This document shows positions 25,074-37,630 of a DNA stretch of 64,000 nucleotides, in pieces (the first letter of the stretch is position 1; each line of letters begins with the position of its first letter). Origin of the DNA: Macrostomum lignano (lineage: Eukaryota); the NCBI GenBank assembly GCA_002269645.1, contig NIVC01000158.1, forward strand, positions 62,001 through 126,000. The letters run 5' to 3'. Under the pieces are notes generated by a model. The model was not told where the DNA came from and ran no database searches. It worked only from the letters and a program-made list of their open reading frames with translations. The translations under genes were made by a program, and so were the position numbers.

Positions 25074-25239
25074 GTAAGCAGTGTCTAATAGGGACTTGGG
25101 TTTAAGCATCCGCCAGGTATTTATTTGTAACCACGCGACCGTTAAGGCTACTACTTAGGATACAGGCTACGGATACTGATTGTCATATGGATATTTGGGA
25201 GATACTGATTATGATTAGCCAAGGGATATTTGGTGGCTA

Positions 25240-25853
25240 CAGATTGGCTGAGAGATATTTGCGGGGTACTGATTGGCTAAGGGATATTTGGGGGATACGG
25301 ATTGGCTGAGGGATATTTGGGGGATACGGATTGGCTAAGGGATATTTGTGGGATTACTGATTGGCTAAGGGATATTTGCGGGATACTGATTGGCTGAGGG
25401 ATATTTGCGGGATACTGATTGGCTGAGGGATATTTGCGGGATACTGATTGGCTAAGGGATATTTGGGGTATACGGATTGGCTAAGGGATATTTTCGGGAT
25501 ACTGATTGGCTGAGGGATATTTGCGGGATACTGATTGGCTAAGGGATATTTGGGGGCTACGGATTGGCTGAGAGATATTTGGGAGATACGGATTGGTTGA
25601 GGGATATTTGGAGGATACAGATTGGCTGAGAGATATTTGGGGGCTAATGATTGGCTGAGGGATAGTTGGGGGCTACGGATTGGCTAAGGGATATTTGGGG
25701 GCTACTGATTGGCTGAGAGATATTTGGGGGCTAATGATTGGCTGAGGGATAGTTGGGGGCTACGGATTGGCTAAGGGATATTTGGGGGCTACTGATTGGC
25801 TGAGAGATATTTGGGGGCTACTGATTGGCTGAGGGATATTTGGGGGCTACGGA
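25240..25853. repeat. ~29-bp minisatellite (gattggctaagggatatttgggggctacg)n in RPLP0 intron
   Basis: Degenerate tandem units read directly. Confidence 0.92.
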
Positions 25854-26027
25854 TGCAAAGTTCAGCGACTGTCTGAACTCTGCTTAGCAGTTTCTTTTAT
25901 CGTTCAATCGTGTTTTTAATTTTATTTCATCATTCAGTGCTCATCGGACTGCTCTATCCGATTTTTGAATCAAACTTCCCCAGCAATTTTTACCTATAGT
26001 TGAGACGTTCATCAACAACACACGCAG

Positions 26028-26477
26028 GTCGGCCAGTCCGAGGCTACCCTCCTGAACATGCTGAAGATTTCGCCGTTCTCCTACGGCCTCAGGATCCGGC
26101 AGGTGTACGACAACGGCAGCGTGTTCGGGCCACAGGTGTTGGACATTCGCGACGAGGACATCGTGACGAGATTCTTGGCTGGCAGTCGCCGAGTCGCCGC
26201 CCTGTCGCTGCAGCTGGGCACCCCGACTCTGGCCTCGGCGCCTCATTCAATTGTCAACGCGTTCAAGCGTTGCCTAGCGGTTGCCGTGGAAACCGACTAC
26301 GAGTTCCCGTTGGCCAAGACTGTCAAGGAGTATCTGAAAGATCCCAGCAAGTTTGCCGCCGCCGCCCCGGCCGCCGCTCCGGCCGCCGCCGCCGCTGCCC
26401 CGGCCGCCAAGGAGGCGAAAAAGGAAGAGAGCTCGGAGGAGTCGGACGATGATATGGGAATGTCGCTGTTCGACTGA
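26028..26477 (+). CDS. RPLP0: 60S acidic ribosomal protein P0, exon 2
   Basis: Acceptor cacgcAG; [21 protein letters not shown]...[28 protein letters not shown]; 315 aa total. Confidence 0.97.
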   Translation, partial: VGQSEATLLNMLKISPFSYGLRIRQVYDNGSVFGPQVLDIRDEDIVTRFLAGSRRVAALSLQLGTPTLASAPHSIVNAFKRCLAVAVETDYEFPLAKTVKEYLKDPSKFAAAAPAAAPAAAAAAPAAKEAKKEESSEESDDDMGMSLFD

Positions 26478-27029
26478 GCGACTCGAGATTGATAGATCTT
26501 TGATATTTACAGTCTCTTTTGCTTTCTTGGGGCCTGGAGCGATTAAGAAGCGTCTGAAAAATACAAAATTAAAGATGGCTTCTTTGGATTGAAATGTTCC
26601 TCTTGTCTTTGTTTTTTTTATAGTTTTTCTTATTTGTGTCTTTTTTAGGGCTTTTTCAGCTAGTTTTCTACTGGTGTCGAGTAGTAGTGTAGTACTGAGT
26701 GAAAACAATTAAAAAAGCAAATGCGTCAGCGCAAGTCAGTTTTCAGCTGACCAATCGATCCATGCTTGATTGGCTAATCAGTTTTCATGCTTGACGCAGA
26801 TTAACTGGAAGTTAAAAAATCACCCGTCATGTGTTTGATTTGGCTGTACTGTGACGGGATCAAAGGCTTCCAACAGGATTCTGTTAGTTCTTGGAACTTA
26901 AATTGGTATTTCTAGTACAGTTTTCTCATAATCCTTCCTCAGGGTTTTCGGTTCATGGGGTTAAGAATGAACAGCAAGAATTTAACTCGATGTTAAACAC
27001 ACGTGAACGCAAGACGGTCAAAACTCAGC

Positions 27030-27320
27030 CTAAGGGACAGGCCCAATCTAGCCCAGCCAATGAGAGAGCAGTAAGGAGAGAGGTTAAAGTCAGACGGACG
27101 AAACTCAATTTAGGGGACAGACCTAATCTAGCTCAGCCAATGAGAGAGCAGTAAGGAGAGAGGTTATTAAAGTTAGACGGACGAAACTCAGCCTAGGGGA
27201 TAGGCCCAATCTAGCTCAGCCAATGAAAGAACAGTAAGAAGAGAGGTTAAAGTCAGACGGACGAAACTCAATTTAGGGGACAGACCTAATCTAGCTCAGC
27301 CAATGAGTGAGCAGTAAAGA
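27030..27320. repeat. ~60-bp tandem repeat (alternating dimer) with CCAAT motifs, intergenic
   Basis: ctaatctagctcagccaatgagagagcagtaaggagagaggttaaagtcagacggacgaaactca recurs about 4-5 times. Confidence 0.8.
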
Positions 27321-27565
27321 GAGGTCACAAGAGAGAAAGCACAAAAACGCTAACTTTGCTACTGTTTACAGAGTAGATAGTTGTAATTTTAGGGACAGAA
27401 CTAAGTAATTATATTCTAATATCTGTGTAGCTAGCCTATTAAGCTTCTCACTTTAAAACATTTCTGAGCGGTCACCAGCTTGGTACAGTGCAGCGGCGAA
27501 GCGGCTGGTCTGACGGCTGTCCGTTATTTTTAACCGGGTTGCATCATTGCTACAGTTGACGCAAA

Positions 27566-27829
27566 ATGGCGCCTAGAAATCGTTGCTGGTTTGACCGCAG
27601 GCGGGCCCGTAACGAGAATCTATTAGTAATGTCGCTGATTCAAGGCTTGTGCGGCCTGTGCGCGATCATTTTGGCATCGCTGTCGCTGGCCTCGGCCTCG
27701 CCTAGGCAGCATTTGCCTCCATTAGATAAGGCAGCCTGTCTGGTGTCCGGCCTAGTCATGCTGGTCACCGCTGTGCACGGAGTTGTAACTAGTAGGCGGA
27801 AAATCTACTGCACAGTGTTGGCTCTGCTG
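27566..27829 (+). CDS. CD20/MS4A-like four-transmembrane protein, exon 1
   Basis: Two hydrophobic helices (LLVMSLIQGLCGLCAIILASLSL; ACLVSGLVMLVTAVHGVV); donor GTGCGT in phase 0. Confidence 0.7.
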
Positions 27830-28398
27830 GTGCGTAATTGATGCCGCTAATTATTGATTGTTGACGAGTCATATTAGTCATAGGGACACCTACTTTAGGC
27901 GGTTTTAAAATCACGGTGTCATTTGGCATCCCGGGCTCGAATTCCTAGGATGGCAGACGCCATTATTATAAAATTATTGACACTCCAAATGAAATATGAG
28001 TGACAGAAAATGTGGAACTTGAATGTGTACTTCGGATGCCTAATCGGAATCCTGTTTTTTCCAAGCTGGATATCATTTAATTCGAGAATGCCAAAGTTAA
28101 CCCGTTGAAAACGTTACCGTGACAAGAATCGCTAATGAGTCATTGTGAACAACTCGCTTGAGTCACGTGAGTTGCAGAATCGTAAAAGAGTCGCGAAAAA
28201 GTCGTCCAAGACTTGGTGCTTAACTTTCTTAACCAAATCGATTTGTTATACGACTCGTAAATTGGAAGTGCGATTTTTAATTCATCAAGTGACGCAGATG
28301 CGTTTTAGACGCAACTCGGTAATTCTACAGTGACTCTGGCATTACAGATCTAGCAGATAAACCTGAACCTGACCCTCTTCACTCTGAATCCCCCCCAG

Positions 28399-28788
28399 GT
28401 GCTGTGCGTATTGTCCTGCATAGCCAACGTTAGCTTGCTGTTATCGTGCGCCTGCGGCCTGTACCATTTTGCAACCGGATATTACTCTGGCAGTAGCGCA
28501 ATGGCCCTATCAGACCTGATTGTCAGCATTCTTCTATTGCTAATTGGCTTACTGGACTTAGGCGTGGCCATCGCCTGCGGTGTACTATGCGGCCGTCAGG
28601 TCTGTCGGCACGATCCGCGCATCGGCTTGCATCCGGGCGGACGCGGCCTCGTCGTGTTGACCCCGACGCCGCCGCCAGCCTACGACGTGCACCCGCCTCT
28701 GATGCCGGCATTGTTGCTCTATCAGCCAGCTGGCTTTGCGTCGCCTTTGCCGCCGCGGTACTCCAGCTCAGACAGTTTGCATAATTGA
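28399..28788 (+). CDS. CD20/MS4A-like four-transmembrane protein, exon 2
   Basis: Acceptor cccccAG; two more helices, Cys-rich juxtamembrane stretch, Pro-rich tail with PPAY and PPRY; 217 aa total. Confidence 0.7.
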   Translation: MLCVLSCIANVSLLLSCACGLYHFATGYYSGSSAMALSDLIVSILLLLIGLLDLGVAIACGVLCGRQVCRHDPRIGLHPGGRGLVVLTPTPPPAYDVHPPLMPALLLYQPAGFASPLPPRYSSSDSLHN

Positions 28789-30062
28789 ACTGTTGCTTAC
28801 AGAGTTCATGCTTTTCTAATTACCAAATATAGCAAACTAATCTAGTAATAATTCCTGAGGGTGTACAGCGGCCCTGACTTTCTAATTGTCGGGCATGTAC
28901 ACTCTCTGCGCCTTGGGGAGCTGGCCCTCGTAGCTTTGAATCATCTGGTGCCACCTGTTGAAGGTCCAGAAGCTCCGCCTGGGTGAAGGCCAGGCTGCAA
29001 CTTACTTGGCAAGGCTGCACTGATTTGCAGTGCTGATTGGTGCACAGGGCTGTATTGATTACACTGGCGCTCATTGAAAAAATCCAACCTTCTAGCAGAA
29101 TCGTTGAATATCTCGACGGTCCGCAGGGCTAGCGACGACTTGATTCTTGTTTGAGAAGGTGCGCAACAAAAATTTGGTCCATGGATTACCACCGATCTAT
29201 ACTCAGACTCATCTGATAAGAATCCCTCACCTACTCATCTCTCTACTAAAGCCATCTACTAATATACTTAGAATAAAAGCATAAATCACCGCTATTAAGT
29301 AGTATATTGATTGTAAGTAGTACAAGAGTGCAGCAGCTGGTCTCTATCTGTCATTCCTATCTTTACCTGTAGTTTCTCCTACCTAACTTTCGCTTAAAGT
29401 CAAATCATAGTTTAATTTTTTCAAAAAGATATCGAATTTTTATATAAGGAATAGCAAAACTGTTTGGTGCTTAAAACGGACATTTTTCTGCTTTTTTGCT
29501 GGTCAACTATTTGCTTGTGTGATTTTTATATTAAATCTGTGTTTTCCCAAGTATTTGTGTTTTCTGCCGTGTTCTAACAGATGTCTTAGCTTCCTATTTA
29601 CTGTACACGGAGTCTACACACCCCAAGTATGTATTTTTATGGTTTTATTAAAAGTTCTTTTACATTTGAAATTAGCATGCCTACTATAATTAACAACTTG
29701 CCAATTATAATAATAATATTGACGCGGTTCACATTTTTATGACTGAATACTTCTATCTAAATGATTTCATTCTTTTGCGTATTGACGCTGTTTAAATTTT
29801 GATGACTGATTTTATTTATATATTTATGTTTTGCTTTGATTTAACATCTATACAACAATTAAACAAATAGCAGTTTGCTTTTTTGAGTGCTGTTTAATTA
29901 ATTTTTTTAAGACTCATTTAATTTAAAGCTTTGTCACATGCTATTTATACTACTTATTGTGTCGATATTAAGTAGAAAAATGCACATTTTTTCTGTTTTT
30001 TCATGTCTAATACATATTACCTCTAAGTCAGCCATTAAATAATTGATAAATAAAGAGACGCG

Positions 30063-30371
30063 ATGGAGCTGCCAGACGTGACCTACAATAAGCCCGAGTA
30101 CATCGAGACCGCTTCTGGCAATAAGGTCTGCCGATTAACGGCCCTCTGTGGCAGTCAGAATATTGTACTTTCTGGCAAGGTCATCATCCAAACCGAAGCC
30201 GTGATCCGCGGCGACCTCGCCAATGTGCGAATCGGCCGCAGCACCGTCATCAGCCGGGGTGCCGTCATCCGGCCTCCGTTTAAAAAGTTTAGCAAGGGCG
30301 TCGCATTCTTCCCCTTGTACATTGGCGATCACGTGTTCATTGGCGAGAATTCCGTTATCAATGCTGCGCAG
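30063..30371 (+). CDS. DCTN5: Dynactin subunit 5 (p25), exon 1
   Basis: [11 protein letters not shown]...[12 protein letters not shown]...[12 protein letters not shown]...[16 protein letters not shown]; donor GTGCGT. Confidence 0.96.
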
Positions 30372-30424
30372 GTGCGTCTCGCCTCTGGGTGTAATGGCTT
30401 TTTGTTCTCTGTTGCTGGCCCGCA

Positions 30425-30970
30425 CCAGCCTCCCAGATCCTCAGTTGCTGGGCGACCGCCAGCCTCTCAGATCCCCAGTTGCTGGGCCAGCCTCCCAGAT
30501 CCTCAGTTGCTGGGCGACCGCCAGCCTCTCAGATCCCCAGTTGTTGGGCCAGCCTCCCAGATCCTCAGTTGCTAGGCCAGCCTCTCAGATCCTCAGTTGC
30601 TGGGCCAGCCTCGCAGATCCTCAGTTGCTGGGCCAGCCTCCCAGTTCCTCAGTTGCTGGGCGACCGCCAGCCTTTCAAATCCTCAGTTGCTAGGAAAGCC
30701 TCCCAGATCCTCAGTTGCTGGGCCAGCCTCCCAGATCCTCAGTTGCTGGGCCAGCCTCCCAGATCCTCAGTTGCTGGGCCAGCCTCCCAGTTCCTCAGTT
30801 GCTGGGACAGCCTCCCAGATCCTCAGTTGCTAGGACAGCCTCCCAGATCCTCAGTTGCTGGGCCAGCCTCCCAGATCCTCAGTTGCTGGGCCAGTGCCGC
30901 CCTCCCAAGTCCCCAGTTGCTTGGCTGGCCTCCTAAATCCTCAGTTGCTGGGTCAGCCTCCCAGATCCCA
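30425..30970 (+). repeat. 28-bp minisatellite (gcctcccagatcctcagttgctgggcca)n in DCTN5 intron
   Basis: Tandem units read directly. Confidence 0.94.
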
Positions 30971-31049
30971 TTGGCTGGACCGCGGCGGCTGCCCTCTCAT
31001 ATTTCTAGGCAAGCACTAGCACAAAGGTACTCTCACTGCCCATTACCAG

Positions 31050-31304
31050 GTGGGCTCCTACGTCCACGTAGGCAACAACTGCGTGATTGGCAGGCGCTGC
31101 GTTCTCAAAGACTGCAGCGCAGTGGCCGACGGCTCAGTCCTGCCAGCGGAGACCGTGGTGCCACCCTTCACCATATTCAGCGGCTCGCCAGGACAGCTGG
31201 TTGGCTCGCTGCCAGACTGCACACCGGAGCTCATGACTCACCTCACCGAGAGCTACTATCAGCACTTCGTGCCGGCAGCCGCGGCGGCTCCCAAAGCTAA
31301 CTAA
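31050..31304 (+). CDS. DCTN5: Dynactin subunit 5 (p25), exon 2
   Basis: Acceptor ttaccAG; [22 protein letters not shown]...[15 protein letters not shown]; 187 aa total. Confidence 0.96.
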   Translation: MGSYVHVGNNCVIGRRCVLKDCSAVADGSVLPAETVVPPFTIFSGSPGQLVGSLPDCTPELMTHLTESYYQHFVPAAAAAPKAN

Positions 31305-31797
31305 GTGAACGGAGACCAAGCAGCTTACTGTGTAACAACTATTCGGTGATGCGGTATCTTTTCATCTGGTTAGTATCTAAGGTCTAGGCTTGATAGAGGT
31401 GATGCAATCAATATACATGACGGTCTTCGGCTAGGCTGGGCCAGTTGGTTATCAAACGTATCTTAAATCTCTATTGTACTGCATATATACACATATTTGT
31501 TGAATTCATTTTTTGCTTTGTATTGCGATGTTATAACAATATATTATATATATAATTGTTAATGCTTATTATATTTGCTTGCTAGAATCATAAGCTTTCA
31601 TGAATTATACTCTCTTATTGTGGCAGTTTTGCGTCTTCTAAAACTGTCCTAAGATATTGTCAGATATGTTCAAAACATTGCCCCTTATAGTTCATTTTTC
31701 TTGTGCGTCTCTTGTTTGTTTATTAATGCATTAGACAGCAAACCTGACTGTGTTAGTGCCTCTCAAATCGGCTCCCTCGGAGTGACGGCCCTGTCTG

Positions 31798-32570
31798 AGG
31801 ATCTGGGAAAGTGGCAGGTGGACTAGCAACTGAGGATCTGGGAGGCTGGCCCAGAAACTGAGGATCTGGGAGACTGGCCCAGAAACTGAAAATCTGGGAG
31901 GCTGGCCCAGCAACTGAGGATCTGGGAGGGTGGCAGGTGGCTCAGCAACTGAGGATCTGGGAAACTAGCGCAGCAACTGAGGATATTGGAGACTGGCCCA
32001 GCAACTGAGGATCTGGGAGGCTGGCCCAGAAACTGAAAATCTGGGAGGCTGGCCCAGCAACTGAGGATCTGGGAGGGTGGCAGGTGGCTCAGCAACTGAG
32101 GATCTGGGAGGGTGGCAGGTGGCTCAGCAACTGAGGATCTGGGAAACTAGCGCAGCAACTGAGGATATTGGAGACTGGCCCAGCAACTGAGGATCTGGGA
32201 GGGTGGCAGGTGGCTCAGCAACTGAGGATCTGGGAAACTAGCGCAGCAACTGAGGATATTGGAGACTGGCCCAGCAACTGAGGATATTGGAGACTGGCCC
32301 AGCAACTGAGGATCTGGGAGGGTAGCAGGTGGCCCAGCGACCGAGGATCTGGGAGGGTAACCTGGTGGCCCAGCAACTGAGGATCTGGGAGGCTGGCCCA
32401 GCAACTGAGAATCTGGGAGGCTAGCCCAGCAACTGAGGATCTGGGAGGCTGGCCCAGCAACTGAGAATCTGGGAGGGTGGCAGGTAGCCCAGCAATCGAG
32501 GATCTGGGAGGGTAACCTGGTGGCCCAGCAACTGAAGATCTGGGAGGCTGGCCCAGCAACTAAGGATCTG
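31798..32570 (-). repeat. Same 28-bp minisatellite in reverse orientation
   Basis: actgaggatctgggaggctggcccagca units. Confidence 0.94.
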
Positions 32571-32905
32571 AGACGTGCCCACGGGCCACCATCGATAAAA
32601 ACTGTAAAATAAAAGTACCAGGTATTTAAAACATTGGTAGCCCTAGCAGTCTGGGGCCGTTACGGCTATCCCACACCTGACTATTTAGAAAGCTTACAGA
32701 GACCGGATTCTAGGCTCCGAGGGGGTGGTGAAGCGAGCCGTCCCAGATGTGAACTCAGCAATAGACTTCATGATAGACTCTAATCCTAGAGACACACGTT
32801 GACACTAGTCCTGACCTCTACAAAAAGTACAACAAAACGCTCTTATTCTCTACTTTCAGGCTGGCGTCCGGCCAATTTTTAGTTGCAGGCAAAAATCCAG
32901 CCGCC

Positions 32906-33072
32906 ATGTTTTGGCCTTCATATCAAAGCCCTGTGCCCACTATAGACAGTCTGTTTAGCAGCGGCCAGCCGAACTTGATCGATGTGCTAAATGACAGCTC
33001 GGCTGTGCAAGAATGCCGCGGGTACAATGCCAAACTGGTTGATTACCTGGTGCAGGATTCCGTTTTAGACAG
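32906..33072 (+). CDS. PPP6R3: PP6 regulatory subunit (SAPS family), exon 1
   Basis: MFWPSY...IDSL...DVLNDSSAVQECRGYNAKLVDYL, matching SAPS MFW..../QECK..N.KL; paralogue number not resolvable. Confidence 0.85.
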
Positions 33073-33144
33073 GTGATTATTGGTGTTGTCAATCATTAGG
33101 AAATGTTTATTTTCTAACACCAATGTTCACTATTTTCTGCTCAG

Positions 33145-33355
33145 GTTAATCGATTACATAACGGAAGATCCGGATCCCGAATTGCCGCTGCACAGTCGCT
33201 ACAAATATCCCTACCTGGCGTGCGAGCTTCTCTCCTGCGATGTTGACTCAATCAACAACGCTCTGGTACGAGAAGATAGTCGGCTGGACCGGCTGTGCCA
33301 GTTCCTGCGCAGCCAGTCGCCTTTGAACCCGCTGACTGCCAGCTTTTGCTCCAAG
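33145..33355 (+). CDS. PPP6R3: PP6 regulatory subunit, exon 2
   Basis: RYKYPYLACELLSCDV...SPLNPLTASFCSK; canonical splice sites, phase consistent. Confidence 0.9.
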
Positions 33356-33960
33356 GTGAGGAGCTGATTCGAAAGTAGTAAATGCTGACTTTTACTGTAT
33401 TTTGTAGTTTAATTTTGCAAATTCAGAATTTCGAAAATTTGCTACTTGCTACTTATCCGTAACAAATGAGTAGGATAAGAGACATGTGATTCTTTTATTA
33501 GCAATTCAAGCCATTGCCTGTTGTAACAAAAAAAATCACTATTGACTCTAGCGACTATAGGGCGACTCTGTTGAGTCACTAGCGCATCACGTGAGTTGCA
33601 GAATCGTAAAAGATTCGCAAAAAAAGTCCAAGAGTCGTTGTGTTAGTCTTCCTGAGTCGCTTCTTTGCTTTGCTATTTTACCTGTTTTAACTGCCGCAAC
33701 TCTGAAACAACTCTTGGCCTAGGAGAGATGTTGTAGAGAAGAGCATACTTTGGGGTGGGCGTCCTCCGCGTGCTGATTGGCTGACAACACAGTACATATG
33801 CATGTCTACAAGATTACAGATTGTTGATACACATCGCATGCGCTGCAATGTAGGGGTGAAATTCTTGCGGTCTTGCCCACTCCCTACTCCCTACTGCTCA
33901 CTCACTACTAATTGTGAGTAGGCAGTTGAAAAAAAGTCGCCATCATCCCTACCTTGACAG

Positions 33961-34853
33961 ATCCTGCAGCTGCTGGTGCACAAGCGTCCAGACCGTCTGC
34001 TGCCGCACCTCTGCGGCCGGGCCGACCTGGCCGAATGCCTCGTCACGCACGTCGCCACCGCGGCCGTCTCCGACCTGCTGCTGTCTCTGGCCTGCGTTTG
34101 CGTCAACAGCGCCGCCAGCGAAAACGGCGGCGACGTGGCCCACGCCGAAGACGCTGCTGACGGCGACGGCGAGGCTGTGGCTGCCTCGATTCCTTCGGCT
34201 GCCGGGGACTGGCTAGCGGACACCGACCTGGTGTCCAGGCTGATCGACCGTGTCTGCTGCCGCGGCTGCGGCGACCAGCAGCTGCCCGAAGGTGCAGAAG
34301 ACGACGGCGAGGTCGCCTCCGCGGCGTTCGCTGCCGCCCAGTGCGCTGAGATGCTGTTGCAGCAGTGCCGTGGCGACCTCGCCATGACCAGCCAGTGTGG
34401 CATCGTCGGCGACGTCGGCGGCGGAGTCGTACCGCCGCGTCGGGGCCGCCTTCTACGCCAGTTCGAATCGCCGGACATCGCCGAGCGTCTGGTGGCCGGT
34501 GGCATCTCGCCGCCGTCGTCTGCGGATGGCGGCAACGAAGCCCGGCTGACGTGCAGAGGCCAGGCCGCCCTGACTGCCGCCTGCCAGGTCGCTATCGCCC
34601 TGCTGACTCCGCCTAGCGAAGCCGGCCCTGCCCTGGCGTCCCTGTGCACCGCCCTGCGGCCCCGGCTGGACCGCCTGGCCACCCTGCTGCGGCCTCCGAC
34701 CAGCGGCGACGGCTCCGCTGGCGTTGGCAGCGGCCGCCTCCATCTGCTGCGGCTGATGCGCGCTCTGGCAGCCTGTGGCGGGCCGGGTTTGGCTATTGTG
34801 TCCGAGACTGGGGCTGTGGCCGCTTCGCTGCGCCTGCTGCTGCTGTTCCCCTG
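33961..34853 (+). CDS. PPP6R3: PP6 regulatory subunit, exon 3
   Basis: ILQLLVHKRPD...AVSDLLL...GSGRLHLLRL...LLLFPW; acceptor ttgacAG, donor GTGAGC. Confidence 0.82.
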
Positions 34854-34859
34854 GTGAGC

Positions 34860-35225
<366 letters not shown>

Positions 35226-35316
35226 ATCTGGGAATAGTTTCAGCATTTCTGTCTCATCTGCCCCCATCTGGTACACTGATCCAGTCGAATTCACTCCGCC
35301 ACCAACCCCTTCCCAG

Positions 35317-36067
35317 GTGCTCCTTCCTGCACCAGGTCGCCGAGCAGCTGTGCCTCTGCGCCCTCGCCTACCCGGCCGGCCTCTCCCAGCCTGAGGCCGC
35401 CCTGCGGCGTAGCCTTCAGCGTGAGCTGATTCTCAATCGGCGAGAAAAGCAGTCTCTGAAGCAGGATCAACAGGAGCAGCAACAGCAACAACATCCTGTC
35501 GCAGGTTCCATCGAAGCTGCCAACACCGAAATCGACGCCGACTGCCGTCTGCCTGCCGTGCTGCTGGCCGCCGCCGAGTGCAACCGGGCCGCCCAGGCTG
35601 CGGGCTCGGCGAGACGCGGCTACATGGGTCACGTGATCCGCCTGGCCAACTGCCTCAACGCCTGTCTGGCCGTCGCCGCTCCAACCGCCGCAAACCGCGA
35701 CAACAATACGTCAACTGTCGATTCCGACGCCACCGACGATGAGGCGGAGAGTCTGGCCGACCTGTTCAACCAGTTGGAGCCGGAGCTGCTGCATCGCTGG
35801 TCGGAATGGTGCCAGTCTGAGGTGGCCGACGCCAACACTCGCTGCGTTTTCACGGCCGCCGTTGAAGCCCACAACGACGAGGACGACGAAGACGAGGCCG
35901 AGTTCAATTTTTCAGCGCCGCCGTCGCCTCACCGCGCGATGCAGACGGCCTACGTTGAGTTTCAGGTCAGGCAGCTCAGCGCGCCCATGCCTGAGCAGTT
36001 CGGCTTCCAGGAGGACGACTTTAATGAGGCTTACGAGCTATCGGCTGGTGCCGACTTGCCCCAGGAT
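35317..36067 (+). CDS. PPP6R3: PP6 regulatory subunit, exon 4
   Basis: (W)CSFLHQVAE matching PWNNFLH; RRGYMGHVIRLAN matching R.GYMGHL; QFGFQEDDF; donor GTGAGT. Confidence 0.82.
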
Positions 36068-36114
36068 GTGAGTAGCTGGCCCGCTTGTCTGCTTTGTTTT
36101 TTACAGATTTTGAC

Positions 36115-36440
36115 CCCTCCCTGATCCCCCATCTGAGTCCCTCCCTGATCCCCTCAATGAGCCCCCATCTGATCCCCTCCCTGATTCCCTCCCTCATACC
36201 CCATCTGAGTCCCTCCCTGATCCCCTCCATGAGCCCCTCTCTGATCCCCTCTCTGATCCCCTCCCTGATCCTCCATCTGAGCCCTTCCCTGATCCCCCAT
36301 CTGAGCCCCTCCTTGATCCCCCATCTGATCCCCTCCCTGATCCCCCATCTGATCCCCTCCCTGATCCCCCATTTGATCCCCTCCCTGATCCCCCATCTGA
36401 GCCCCTCCCTGATCCCCGATCTGACCCCCTCCGTGATCCA
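36115..36440. repeat. C-rich 12/24-bp minisatellite (gatcccctccct) in intron
   Basis: Read directly. Confidence 0.9.
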
Positions 36441-36443
36441 CAG

Positions 36444-36944
36444 GCTGCAGCCCTTTCCCCAGTGCTCACGATGGCCCTCCCAGATCCCAAGCTATACCAG
36501 TCTAACATCGGCTTTTGGCAGGTGGCGCAGCACCTCACAGATTTCTGCACTCCAACTCCGGAGGACTCGATCAGGGCCGCCATGTTCGATCAGGCCTGCA
36601 ACTCGCGCATTCTGCGATACGAATCAGCCGACGACGACAACGACGACGCCGCCGATGATTCTGCCGGTGCCGCTGAGTACTACAACGACGTCTATGGCGA
36701 TGGCGATGACGCTAACGGCGCAGATGTCGCCGATTCTGGCATCCCGTTGGCTAGCAACGGCGGCACGGACGTCGGGCACGCGGAGGACAATCGGTGGGCT
36801 TTGAATTCGATCAGCGAGGAGGAGCCGGCGGTGTTGAAAGCCGCTGCAGCTGCGGCAGCCATCGGCGCCGCCTACGCCGCCGTCAACGGAGAAGGCGTCG
36901 GTGCGGCATTCCCCGAGATTGACTGCGTCGATCCGCTGGCTTAA
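36444..36944 (+). CDS. PPP6R3: PP6 regulatory subunit, last exon
   Basis: In-frame acceptor atccacAG; MFDQACNSRI and acidic tail; five exons total 2523 nt = 840 aa plus stop; acceptor choice less certain. Confidence 0.7.
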   Translation, partial: AAALSPVLTMALPDPKLYQSNIGFWQVAQHLTDFCTPTPEDSIRAAMFDQACNSRILRYESADDDNDDAADDSAGAAEYYNDVYGDGDDANGADVADSGIPLASNGGTDVGHAEDNRWALNSISEEEPAVLKAAAAAAAIGAAYAAVNGEGVGAAFPEIDCVDPLA

Positions 36945-37159
36945 CTCTGAATAGCATGGTAGCCAGCTATCAGCTTCCACTAGGGTCCTGGTCGGGTATC
37001 TGCGAGCTTTGTTAACTAGTCAAGGCTTTGTTATTCTGGGTTTTGTGTGCGATTTTTTAATTTTTAAGCTTCTCCTGCCAGGGTGGCTGGCTTGTTTTTC
37101 AGTTAGCGTGGCAAACCAGATGGTAGGCTTTTCTTTCCTTGTTGACGCTTCTTGGCAAT

Positions 37160-37256
37160 GTCTGTCTGTCTGTGTGTGTGCTGTCTGTCTGTCTGTGTGT
37201 GTGTCTGTGTGTGTGTCTGTCTGTGTCTGTGTCTGTCTGTCTGTCTGTGTGTGTGC

Positions 37257-37287
<31 letters not shown>

Positions 37288-37295
37288 GTGTGTGC

Positions 37296-37330
<35 letters not shown>

Positions 37331-37384
37331 GTCTGTGTCTGTCTGTCTGTGTGTGTGTCTGTCTGTGTGTGTGCTGTCTGTCTG

Positions 37385-37425
<41 letters not shown>

Positions 37426-37630
37426 GTGTGTGTGCTGTCTGTGTGTCTCTGTGTCTGTGTCTGTCTGTGTGTCTGTCTGTGTCTGTGGCTGTCTGTCTGT
37501 CTGTCTGTCTGTGTCTGTCTGTGTCTGTGTGTGTCTGTCTGTCTATGTGTCTGTCTGTCTGTCTGTCTGTCTGTGTGTCTGTCTGTGTCTGTCTGTGTCT
37601 GTCTGTCTGTCTGTGTGTCTGTCTGTCTGC
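37160..37630. repeat. Compound (TGTC)/(TG) microsatellite
   Basis: Read directly. Confidence 0.96.

Noticed and set aside
25074-26027. snoRNA in the RPLP0 intron
   Set aside because: No convincing box C/D or H/ACA pair seen by eye
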